Source: Candidatus Kapaibacterium sp.
Lineage (GTDB): Bacteria > Bacteroidota > Ignavibacteria > Kapaibacteriales > UBA2268
NCBI GenBank assembly: GCA_026390675.1
Contig: JAPLFM010000220.1
Location: forward strand, 8,527 to 56,029
DNA length: 47,503 nucleotides
Direction of reading: 5' to 3'
The notes beneath the pieces are model-generated. The model saw nothing but the letters and a program-made list of their open reading frames with translations. It searched no databases and was not told the origin of the DNA. The position numbers and the translations under genes were made by a program. Below, one piece after another: positions 18,425 through 27,077 of the stretch; positions within the stretch are counted from its first letter, which is position 1; each line of letters begins with the position of its first letter.

Positions 18425-18519
18425 GTTTTGGAATTTCGGACACTATTCGGACACTTTTTTGATTTGATTTTAATGTATTCAAGTAAATTTAGTTGAATCT
18501 AATTGGAAAAACATATTTT

Positions 18520-18758
18520 TTACCCATTCAACATATCATAAACTATATTAAGTAATTTTTCAGATGTAAATGGTTTGTGCATAAAAACAATATTCACATC
18601 TTCTTCTATACTAGCATTTTGCATCAAGCCACTAACTGCTATTATTTTTGCTTCTGGATTCATTTTATGGATTGCTCTTATAGTTGAAGGTCCATCCATA
18701 AAAGGCATCATCATATCAGTAATAATTAAAGCTATCTCTTTACCGTTTTGAGCGTAGT
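18520..18758 (-). pseudogene. Out-of-frame C-terminal part of the hybrid kinase receiver domain
   Basis: This frame reads AQNGKEIALIITDMMMPFMDGPSTIRAIHKMNPEAKIIAVSG...HKPFTSEKLL, which is the receiver phospho-Asp, Ser/Thr and Lys blocks. It is shifted by one nucleotide relative to the 18732-23024 ORF, which ends inside the same domain. Confidence 0.75.
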
Positions 18759-21700
18759 TAGAACTTGATAACCAAAAATTTCTAAAGTTGACTGTGTGAT
18801 TTGCAAAATAGAACTCTCATCATCAACAACTAAAATCAATTCTCCATTACCATAAGGAAGTAATTCTTTAGGTCTTTCTAATAGAACTTGTTCGCTTTCC
18901 TCTGCTGGTAAATAAACTCTAAAACTTGTGCCTTTACCTATTTCACTATAAACGTTTATTACCCCACCATGGCTTTTCACTATTGAATTAACAGTTGCCA
19001 ATCCCAAACCTGTTCCCTTACCAAACTCTTTTGTAGTATAGAAAGGTTCGAATATCCTTTCAATCACCTCAGGAGGCATGCCTGAGCCGTTATCAATTAC
19101 ACTAAGAACTATATAGGGTCCAGTATTTACATCTTGATGAACTTTAGTAAATTGTTCGTCTAAATAAATATTTTCAACTTCAATTGTTATTTTACCACCA
19201 TTGACCATTGCGTCCCTTGCATTTACACACAAATTAAGTAATGTCTGTTGGATTTGAGTGGAATCAGCAGAAATACTCCATAAGTTTTTAGCTACTTTCG
19301 TATTTATAGTGATCGATTTAGGAAACGTTTCTTTTACAATTTTTTCAACTTCGTTAACTAAATGTTTTAGTTGTGTCATTGTTCTTTCACCTTCAACTCC
19401 TCTGGCAAATGAAAGTACTTGTTTTACTAAATCAGAAGCTCTTTTTGCTCCTGAAGAAATAATTTCTAATATTTTATTTCCATCTTCATCATTATATTTT
19501 CTTTGCAAAAGATCAATTGACATCATAATCGGAGAAAGTATATTATTAAGATCATGAGCAATTCCACCAGCCAATGTGCCTATACTATCAATTCTTTGAC
19601 TTCTAAGCATTTGTTTTTCTAATTGTTTCTTTTCTGTTACGTTAGTATTTATCACCAAAAATGAAATTGGATTTCCTTCTATATCTTTTACTAAAGACCA
19701 ATGACTTTCAATTACTATTTCTTTGCCATTTTTAGATTCATGTACAATTTCTCCAACCCAAACACCAGTATTTAAAGTATGTTGTTTTGCTACTTCATGT
19801 ATATCAAAGCAAGTATTATGACATAAGAGTTCTAATTGATTTTTGCCAATTGATTCTTCCCTTTTCCATCCGTAAATTTTCTCAGCTCCTTTATTCCAAA
19901 ATGAAATTTCATCATTGAGTGATAAAGTTAAAATAGCATCTTTAGCTTTGTCAAGTAGTTCAGCTTGTTCCAACATTTTTTTGTCAGCGTACTTTCTTCC
20001 TGTTATATCTCTCAAAGCACAGATAACTACAGTTTCTTCGTCAATTTTAAAATGATTTAAGCTTATTTCGACTGGAATTTCATATCCGTTTTTCAACTTA
20101 GCATAGAGTTCCAAACCTACACCCATTTCTCTTAATTTAGGTGATGCAAAGAAGCTATTCATATTGCCAGAATGGTTTTGATGATAACGTTGAGGTATTA
20201 ACATTTCAATACTACTATAAAGCAGTTCATTTTCAGTATATCCTAGCATTTTTGTTACTTGAGTGTTTGCTAAAATAATTTTGCCTTCTTTATTTACAAC
20301 TATCATTGCGTCAGGAGTAGAATTTAAAAAGCCTTTAAACTTAGCTTCATTTTCCCTCAATTGGGATTCTACTTTTTTCAATGTACTAATATCAATAAAA
20401 CTTGAAATCAACATCTCTTCATTATAAATTAAAATCTTTTTTATTGAAATAAGTGTTGTAAACTTTTGTTTTTTAAAAGTTTGCAATTCTAATTCATAAT
20501 TAACTACAGTTTCTCCACCTAATACTTTATTGATGAGTAATTGCCTATCATTTTCAGAAGTATAAAAAATTAAAGTTTGTTTGCCATAATATTCATCCCT
20601 TTCTATTTCAAACATTTTCAAACATTTTGTATTTGCTTTTATAACTATCCCATCATTAATTGATGTTATAACTAATGCTATTGGAGCAAATTCAAAAATA
20701 TTTTCTAAATTATGCTCACTTTCTTTTATAATATTTTGTCTCAAAACTCGATTAATAATATTTTTGCATATAAATGCTATAGATGTTGGTATATTTGAAA
20801 TCATATCTCTAATAAGAAATGCATTCATTTCAATTGGTATTTCATTTTTTGATTTATATGTTGTAAAATGTAATTCTCCTTTCCACATTCCCTGTTGAAT
20901 TATTGAAGTTAACATTTCATTCTTAAATTGTATTAAATGATCATTATTAAAAAGAAATGTTATATTTTTACTTCTTACTTCATGCGGTTGTAATTCTAAA
21001 ATTTCCTTACCATAAGTATTTAAATATTCTAAATTCCCATTCAAACTTGAAATTGCAATTATATCAGTACTATTTTCTACCAGACTTAATAGTTTCTTTT
21101 GCTCCTTTTCTGCATTTTTTCTTTTTGTTATGTCTATAATAAAACCATTAAATTCATGAGGTAAATTGTTTATATATTCTATTTTACCATTCATCATAAC
21201 CCAAATTGGCAAACCATCTTTTCTCTGAAATTGGACTTCGATATCTTCAGCAAAACCTTTTGAAATATGTTCTTTAATTACTGTTTCTCTTTTCTCTTTT
21301 TCAAAATAAATATCATTCATATTTAATTTTAGTATCTCATCAACAGATTCATAACCTAATATTTTAATAAATGAACTATTTACATTTAAAATTTTTCCAT
21401 CTCTATTTGATTTGAAAATACCTATTGGAGAAGTTTCAAAAAGATTAGTATACTTGTTCTCAGTTTCTTCTAATTCTTTTTTCAATAAATATTGCTCTGT
21501 TACATCTTGATTAGTACCAACCGATCTAATTGGGTCACCATTTCCATTATAAAAATGTTCACAAATTCCATCTATATATTTAATACGTCCATCATTATAA
21601 AGCAATCTTTGAGTTATGTTATAAGAAGTTTTGTTTTTTAAAGATTCATAAAAAGCATTATTAACTAATTCCCTATCTTCAGGATGAACTAGTGCTAAAA

Positions 21701-23024
21701 AAGCATCATAAGATGGTGAAAATTCTGTTTGATTTATTTCAAAAAGTATATAAGTTTCTTTAGACCAAATTAGTTCTTCAGTTATTATATTATATTCCCA
21801 ACTACCTATTTTAGTAATTGATTGAGCTTCTTCTAATTGTTGCTGCAATAATTCATTATTTAGTAAAATTGATTTGTTTTTTGTAATATCTTGAGTAGTG
21901 CCTATAGACCTTATTGGTTTATCTAATTCATCATAAAATGTTTCACAGATTTCATTTATATATTTGATTCTTCCATCTGGAAATAACAGTCTATGTTCAA
22001 TATTATAAGGAGTTTTATTTGCGACTGAATTTATATATGCTTTGTTGACAAAATCTCTATCTTCAGGATGTACTAGGTCTAAGAAGGCTTCGTAAGAAGC
22101 AACAAATTTATTTGGATTAATCTCAAAAATATTGTAATTTTCTTTTGACCACATTAATTCATTTTTTATTAAATCTAGTTCCCAGCTACCAATTTTAGAT
22201 ATTGATTGTGCTTCTTCAAGCTGATTAAGTAGTTTAGTGTTTTCAATTTCTATTAATTTTTGTTTAGTTCGATCAAAAGCAATTCCTAAAATACTTGTAC
22301 AGATATTATTCTCATTAAAATATGGTTTTATTTGAACTTCAGCATATTTTATTCCTGAAGGATATTCAGAAACTTCCTCCCAAATTACTTTTGATTTTGT
22401 ATTAATAGATTCTTCATATTTTGTTAATACAACATCTAAAGAAGGCTGTGGAATAACTTCCTTAACATTTTTACCTAAAACTTGAGATACTATTAAACCA
22501 GTAGCTTCATAAAATGAACTATTTACTTCAACAAACCTAAAATTTAAACTATCATTTTTATGTTCAACAGCTAAATGAAACAAAATTTCTGGTACATTGT
22601 CATATATATCTAACAATTTATCTTCATCAAATTTAATTATATTGTCTACATTTTTGAATTTTGTTATGTCAGACGCAATTCCAACAAATTCTGATATTTT
22701 TCCATTTTCAAATTCAGGTGTAATTTTATTTTCAATCCAAAGGTAGCTATCTGAATTTTTTGGTTTAATTCTAAAAATAGATTTACAAATTTCTTTATTT
22801 TCAAAAATTAAATTTTGATTAGTAATAAATTCATTCCAATCATCAGGGTGTATTTTGTTTTTTAAAAGTTCTTTGTTATTGAAAAACTCTTGGGCTTTAT
22901 ACCCAAGAGTTTTTTCGAATTGTGAATTGCAATATACTAATTCATAATTTAGATTTTCATCTACTTTTATAGAATATACAATTGCTTGAATATTATCTAA
23001 CACATTTTCAATTTCTAATTTCAT
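18732..23024 (-). CDS. Cytoplasmic multi-PAS hybrid sensor histidine kinase, prematurely terminated within its receiver domain
   Basis: It has many PAS/PAC modules, including a tandem near-duplicate (LEEAQSI(S/T)KIGSWE...HPEDR...GRIKYI). These are followed by the H-box GGIAHDLNNILSPI and the HATPase N/G boxes (NLCVNARDAM, DNGSGMP, GKGTGLGLA). The receiver then starts at LILVVDDESS. No TM segment is evident. Confidence 0.9.
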   Translation of the reverse strand: MKLEIENVLDNIQAIVYSIKVDENLNYELVYCNSQFEKTLGYKAQEFFNNKELLKNKIHPDDWNEFITNQNLIFENKEICKSIFRIKPKNSDSYLWIENKITPEFENGKISEFVGIASDITKFKNVDNIIKFDEDKLLDIYDNVPEILFHLAVEHKNDSLNFRFVEVNSSFYEATGLIVSQVLGKNVKEVIPQPSLDVVLTKYEESINTKSKVIWEEVSEYPSGIKYAEVQIKPYFNENNICTSILGIAFDRTKQKLIEIENTKLLNQLEEAQSISKIGSWELDLIKNELMWSKENYNIFEINPNKFVASYEAFLDLVHPEDRDFVNKAYINSVANKTPYNIEHRLLFPDGRIKYINEICETFYDELDKPIRSIGTTQDITKNKSILLNNELLQQQLEEAQSITKIGSWEYNIITEELIWSKETYILFEINQTEFSPSYDAFLALVHPEDRELVNNAFYESLKNKTSYNITQRLLYNDGRIKYIDGICEHFYNGNGDPIRSVGTNQDVTEQYLLKKELEETENKYTNLFETSPIGIFKSNRDGKILNVNSSFIKILGYESVDEILKLNMNDIYFEKEKRETVIKEHISKGFAEDIEVQFQRKDGLPIWVMMNGKIEYINNLPHEFNGFIIDITKRKNAEKEQKKLLSLVENSTDIIAISSLNGNLEYLNTYGKEILELQPHEVRSKNITFLFNNDHLIQFKNEMLTSIIQQGMWKGELHFTTYKSKNEIPIEMNAFLIRDMISNIPTSIAFICKNIINRVLRQNIIKESEHNLENIFEFAPIALVITSINDGIVIKANTKCLKMFEIERDEYYGKQTLIFYTSENDRQLLINKVLGGETVVNYELELQTFKKQKFTTLISIKKILIYNEEMLISSFIDISTLKKVESQLRENEAKFKGFLNSTPDAMIVVNKEGKIILANTQVTKMLGYTENELLYSSIEMLIPQRYHQNHSGNMNSFFASPKLREMGVGLELYAKLKNGYEIPVEISLNHFKIDEETVVICALRDITGRKYADKKMLEQAELLDKAKDAILTLSLNDEISFWNKGAEKIYGWKREESIGKNQLELLCHNTCFDIHEVAKQHTLNTGVWVGEIVHESKNGKEIVIESHWSLVKDIEGNPISFLVINTNVTEKKQLEKQMLRSQRIDSIGTLAGGIAHDLNNILSPIMMSIDLLQRKYNDEDGNKILEIISSGAKRASDLVKQVLSFARGVEGERTMTQLKHLVNEVEKIVKETFPKSITINTKVAKNLWSISADSTQIQQTLLNLCVNARDAMVNGGKITIEVENIYLDEQFTKVHQDVNTGPYIVLSVIDNGSGMPPEVIERIFEPFYTTKEFGKGTGLGLATVNSIVKSHGGVINVYSEIGKGTSFRVYLPAEESEQVLLERPKELLPYGNGELILVVDDESSILQITQSTLEIFGYQVLTTLKTVKR

Positions 23025-23056
23025 ATTACACTTAAATTATTACAAAAAAATAAACC

Positions 23057-25963
23057 CTAATAACCAGAAGTCAAATGTAAACCATTACGATGTTTAGTTG
23101 CAAAATGTTCTTTTGGATGATGTAAACTATTCAATATTTTTGAATTACCATTCATATTATTATAATTTTCTTCAATATTAAATTGACTAACCACGCTCTT
23201 TAAATGTTCAGTTAGTTTTGTAAGTTCGTCCGATGCCTGAGCAATTTCTTCAATTCGTTGAGTGGATTCGCCAGTTACTCTCGATATTGAAATTACATTT
23301 TTTGCAATTTGCTCACTTGTAGCCGCTTGTTGTTCGCTTGAGATTACTATTTGATTGATCATATCGAGCACTTCTTGTGAACTTGATACTACTTGATGCA
23401 AAGATTCTCCAGCCTGATCTGCTAAGTTAATTCCATTTTGTACCTCAAGAGATCCAGTATTCATTGCCAAAACAGCGCCTTCTGTTTCTTTTTGAATACC
23501 TTTTATCATATCAGCAATTTGTTTAGTAGCAGCAGTAGTACGTTCAGCAAGTTTTCTTACTTCATCAGCCACAACTGCGAACCCCCTACCTTGTTCTCCT
23601 GCTCTCGCAGCTTCAATTGCAGCGTTTAAAGCAAGCAAATTAGTTTGGTCTGCAATATCATCAATTACTGATATAATTTCTCCAATTTGTTGACTACTTT
23701 CACCTAGTTTTTGAATATTGCTTGCTGAATTCATTACAACTGTAGCTATATCTCTCATTTTAGTTATAGTTTGTTCTACTACTTTTCCACCATCTCTAGC
23801 AATATCACCATTCCTTTGAGCCACTTCTGCGGTTCTACCAGCACTAAATGAGCTTTCTGTTACTGTACGAGACATTTCTTCTACAGCACCTGCTACTTCA
23901 TCAGTTTGAGAAGATTGTTCTTGTGAAGCAGAAGTTAAGCTACTTGCATTTGTAGCCATCTGATATGCAGAGCTTGAAGTTTGTTCTACGCTTTCTGCAA
24001 TTTGCCTAACTAAATTAGATAATGAATTGGTAAGTTCATTAATACTTGAAATTAAGTCATCTTGTTTAGATCTTGGTGTTAATTTTACACTCAAATCACC
24101 ATTTGCAATTTGTTGGAATGAGTTGATTATATGTATATTTGTTTCAATCAAATTGTTTATATTTACTTTTATTTCATTGAAATCACCTTTGTATTCTTCT
24201 TCAATTCTGTTTGGCAAGTCACCTTTACTTATTCTATCAATATACTCAGCTGTTACATTAATTGGTTTTATTAATGATTCAAGCATTTCATTTATTCCAT
24301 TAGCCAATCCTTTCCAATCACCTTGATATTTTGAAGTATCATTTCTTAAGTCTAACTTACCATTTTTTATTTGTTCAATTATCAATTCCATATCATCACC
24401 AAAAGTCATTAAGTTTTGTTGTACTTTATTTAAGATATTATTTATGAAAATCTTTTTACCAGGCAATATATCCATTTTTGCATCAAAATTTCCATTACCA
24501 TATTCTTCCACTACAGCCATTGCTCTTTTCTTCACATCAATATGCGACTTAACCATTTGGTTTACACCTATAGCCATTTCTTTCCAAGAACCTTCAAATT
24601 TTGAATCGTTTACAAATACATCAATTTCTCCTAAATCATGTTGAACAGACATATTATTCATTTCAGAAATAAAAGTATTTAAGTTATCTTGAATTTTATT
24701 TAGAGTATTATTTATAAATATTTTTTTACCAGGTAATATTTCCATATTAGCATTAAAATTACCATTACCATATTCAGCCACAACTGCCATAGCTTTTTTC
24801 TTAACTTCTATATGAGAAAGTACCATTAAATTTAAACCAACTGCCATTTCTTGATAACAACCATTAAATTGTTTTTCGTGCATTACTATATCAATTTCGC
24901 CAAGTTCATGTTGTTTGGACATATTATCCATATCTTTTACAAAGCTATCTAAACTATCAATTAATTGATTAAGATTATGTTTGATTTCATTAAAATCACC
25001 TTTATATTCATCAACAATTTTAGGTGGTAAGTCACCCTTACTTATTCTATCAACATATTCAGCAGTCACATTAATTGGTTTGACAAATGCATCAATCAAA
25101 CTATTTGTACTAGTGACTATTTGTCTAAAATCAACACTAACATTGTTTACATTTCCTCTGGCATCTAATTTACCATTTACAATTGATTGAGTTATGCTTT
25201 CAAGCAGTTCACGAATTTTATTTAATCCAGAATTGATGTTTCTCGAAACAAAAAAAGCAATTAGTATTGTAATCAAAGTCATACCACCAGCCATACTTGC
25301 TATTAATATAGAGCTATCAGCAACAGCTTTATCCACCTCTGCTAAATTCATTTTAATTTCAAAAGCTCCGTGTACTTCGCCAACCTTCCAGCCTTCCATC
25401 ATAGTACCTGTTACATCTTTTCCATCAGTTCTACCCCAATATTCTTTTGACTTTGCAGGATCGCCATGGCAAGTCATACACTCTTCAGTTAAAACTACTG
25501 GTCTGAAATATCTTACACTATTTAATGATTTGTCAATTTCCCAAAATTCTTTTACATCAGGAGAACTAAATTTAGCTAATACTGTCTTTTCATAGTCATC
25601 AGGTTGATTGTCAGGATTTCTAGGACTATTTTTAGGAACTTTCATCGTAAATCCCAATTCTTTTGATTTTTTTGAAGCAACTTGCATTGCCGAAAAAATT
25701 GGAACAGTATAAAGTAAATCCTTAAGCTCTGGAATATTAGCACCAGGTTGAAACACTTTGTGTTTTGCTTGATCTGCAGTATATTCTCTTGCAGACTCAG
25801 CAGATAATACTACTGCTCGTGCTTTTCCAACTAAAGCATCAACTTGTGATTGCTTGTAAAGATTAGAAAAGTAAAAATATAGCGATAGACCACCAATTAA
25901 GCCTATTACAGCTATTGGAATTACAATCTTATTACTAATTTTAATATTATTTAAGTTAATCAT
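23057..25963 (-). CDS. Methyl-accepting chemotaxis protein with a periplasmic CxxCH (haem-c, DUF3365/Tll0287-like) sensor domain and an extended HAMP-like array
   Basis: Two TM helices (aa 13-33 and 218-240) flank a domain containing CMTCHGDP (nt 25466-25480). The C-terminal signalling domain has the hairpin [34 protein letters not shown]. Confidence 0.9.
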   Translation of the reverse strand: MINLNNIKISNKIVIPIAVIGLIGGLSLYFYFSNLYKQSQVDALVGKARAVVLSAESAREYTADQAKHKVFQPGANIPELKDLLYTVPIFSAMQVASKKSKELGFTMKVPKNSPRNPDNQPDDYEKTVLAKFSSPDVKEFWEIDKSLNSVRYFRPVVLTEECMTCHGDPAKSKEYWGRTDGKDVTGTMMEGWKVGEVHGAFEIKMNLAEVDKAVADSSILIASMAGGMTLITILIAFFVSRNINSGLNKIRELLESITQSIVNGKLDARGNVNNVSVDFRQIVTSTNSLIDAFVKPINVTAEYVDRISKGDLPPKIVDEYKGDFNEIKHNLNQLIDSLDSFVKDMDNMSKQHELGEIDIVMHEKQFNGCYQEMAVGLNLMVLSHIEVKKKAMAVVAEYGNGNFNANMEILPGKKIFINNTLNKIQDNLNTFISEMNNMSVQHDLGEIDVFVNDSKFEGSWKEMAIGVNQMVKSHIDVKKRAMAVVEEYGNGNFDAKMDILPGKKIFINNILNKVQQNLMTFGDDMELIIEQIKNGKLDLRNDTSKYQGDWKGLANGINEMLESLIKPINVTAEYIDRISKGDLPNRIEEEYKGDFNEIKVNINNLIETNIHIINSFQQIANGDLSVKLTPRSKQDDLISSINELTNSLSNLVRQIAESVEQTSSSAYQMATNASSLTSASQEQSSQTDEVAGAVEEMSRTVTESSFSAGRTAEVAQRNGDIARDGGKVVEQTITKMRDIATVVMNSASNIQKLGESSQQIGEIISVIDDIADQTNLLALNAAIEAARAGEQGRGFAVVADEVRKLAERTTAATKQIADMIKGIQKETEGAVLAMNTGSLEVQNGINLADQAGESLHQVVSSSQEVLDMINQIVISSEQQAATSEQIAKNVISISRVTGESTQRIEEIAQASDELTKLTEHLKSVVSQFNIEENYNNMNGNSKILNSLHHPKEHFATKHRNGLHLTSGY
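24404..24943 (-). repeat. Tandem ~90-aa (270-nt) intragenic duplication inside the MCP
   Basis: Residues 341-430 and 431-520 align throughout: MS(K/V)QH(E/D)LGEID...(V/I)KK(K/R)AMAVV(A/E)EYGNGNF...[10 protein letters not shown]. Confidence 0.8.
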
Positions 25964-26002
25964 AAAAATCCTTTATTATTAATGACAAATCATATTTAAT
26001 TT

Positions 26003-26815
26003 TTAAATTATTGCTTTTTTAAATGATATATAAAAAGAAGAACCTATACCAAAAATGCTCTCAGCCCAAATTTTCCCTCTGTTTCTATTTACGAGTTCTT
26101 TACAAAGTCTTAATCCAATTCCTAAACCTTTTTCTTTAGATGTGCCTTCTTTCGACTGAGTTGAATCCCTATTCATTACAGATTCAGCATATTCATCACT
26201 CATTCCCACTCCAAAATCCTGAATACAAATAGTTACAAAATTTTGATCTTCAAAATCTTCAAATGCTGAAATAATTATTTTACTATGTGCATTACTAAAT
26301 TTTATAGCATTAGATAGTAAGTTTCTTATAATTGAATCAATAGAATGTTTATCAGCATTTATTTGAATATTATTTTCAATTTTGATTTCAATAGTAATCT
26401 CTTTCTGTTTTAAATTAATTTTAAGCAAATCAATATTGCTATTTACTATTTCATTAATGTCTAATAGCTCAAAATTTAGATTTTTTTCATTTTTTTTCAT
26501 TTTTGACCATTCAATCATATTACTTAATAGTTCATATACCTGTTTTGAAGAAATATTAATATCTTTAAAACACTCTTTATAATCATCAGTTTTAAAATTT
26601 GTGTCTTCATGACAAACATAGTTTGTTAAAGAAACAATTCCACTTATCGGAGACATTAAGTCGTGAGATAAAATAGAAAACAATAAATCTTTAGCTTTAA
26701 TTTCTTCTGTAAGCTGATTATTTTGGATTTTTAAATCATTGTAAAAATGATTATTATCGACGTATTCTAAATCATTGTATGAATGATTGTTATTGGATAA
26801 GTTATGATTATTCAT
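26003..26815 (-). CDS. Small soluble histidine kinase (HisKA + HATPase_c) with an N/H/D-rich N-terminus
   Basis: It has the H-box SHDLMSPISG, the N box RNLLSNAIKF, and the G boxes QDFGVGM and GLGIGLRLC. The N-terminal repeat is NNHSYNDLEYVDNNHFYNDL. It is the first gene of the minus-strand HK-MCP-HK string, whose gaps are 39 and 32 nt. Confidence 0.85.
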   Translation of the reverse strand: MNNHNLSNNNHSYNDLEYVDNNHFYNDLKIQNNQLTEEIKAKDLLFSILSHDLMSPISGIVSLTNYVCHEDTNFKTDDYKECFKDINISSKQVYELLSNMIEWSKMKKNEKNLNFELLDINEIVNSNIDLLKINLKQKEITIEIKIENNIQINADKHSIDSIIRNLLSNAIKFSNAHSKIIISAFEDFEDQNFVTICIQDFGVGMSDEYAESVMNRDSTQSKEGTSKEKGLGIGLRLCKELVNRNRGKIWAESIFGIGSSFYISFKKAII

Positions 26816-26866
26816 TTTGATACTAACTAAATATTGATTTTTTATTAATTATTTATATTGATAAAC

Positions 26867-26882
26867 TCAATATCCGTACCAA
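26867..26882 (-). promoter_or_regulatory. Weak sigma-54 promoter candidate for the HK-MCP-HK operon
   Basis: The minus strand reads TTGGTACGGATATTGA, i.e. TGGtACG-N4-TTGa. Spacing is correct and it lies about 55 nt upstream of the ATG at 26815. However, the conserved C of the -12 GC is an A. Confidence 0.2.
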
Positions 26883-27033
26883 AGTGTTAACACACTGAAA
26901 ATACTATAGTTAAGCATTTGTGGCACTTAAAATATTAAACGATATTTCGTCTTTAGACTATAATGGTGCGAAATTTCGGACTTAAAACCTTATTTAAATT
27001 ATCGATTAATTTTTGATTTACTTAGAAAATGAT

Positions 27034-27041
27034 TATTTTTG
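27034..27041 (+). promoter_or_regulatory. Candidate -7 box (TATTTTTG) with an upstream TTG (27013-27015) for the EBP gene
   Basis: It matches TAnnTTTG, with a TTG 18 nt upstream, about 35 nt before the first plausible start codon. Confidence 0.3.
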
Positions 27042-27077
27042 TATGTAATATTGTTACAAAATTATTAATGAACTATA

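Noticed and set aside
25194-25595. A 133-aa ORF on the plus strand inside the MCP gene. Similar antisense ORFs occur at 1579-1854, 1909-2139, 2676-2939, 11643-11963, 19258-19557, 24027-24326, 30759-30968, 33164-33550, 33815-34072 and 43954-44229.
   Set aside because: All lie entirely within longer ORFs on the opposite strand that have clear family motifs. Their translations are low-complexity (S/F/I/L-rich) mirror images of K/E/N-rich coding sequence, as expected by chance in AT-rich DNA.
26921-26938. An exact TGGCAC hexamer on the plus strand, pointing toward the EBP gene, considered as a possible sigma-54 -24 element.
   Set aside because: After the required 5-nt spacer the sequence is ATAT rather than TTGC. 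With no -12 GC this is not a credible sigma-54 promoter.
18432-26981. The 10-nt repeat AATTTCGGAC at both borders of the HK-MCP-HK block, considered as attL/attR of an integrated island at tRNA-Phe.
   Set aside because: There is no integrase or excisionase, and the repeat does not include the tRNA 3' end. A related 8-mer (AATTTCGG) also occurs upstream of fliH (794-801). The evidence is too weak to call a mobile element, so I kept it only as a low-interest observation.
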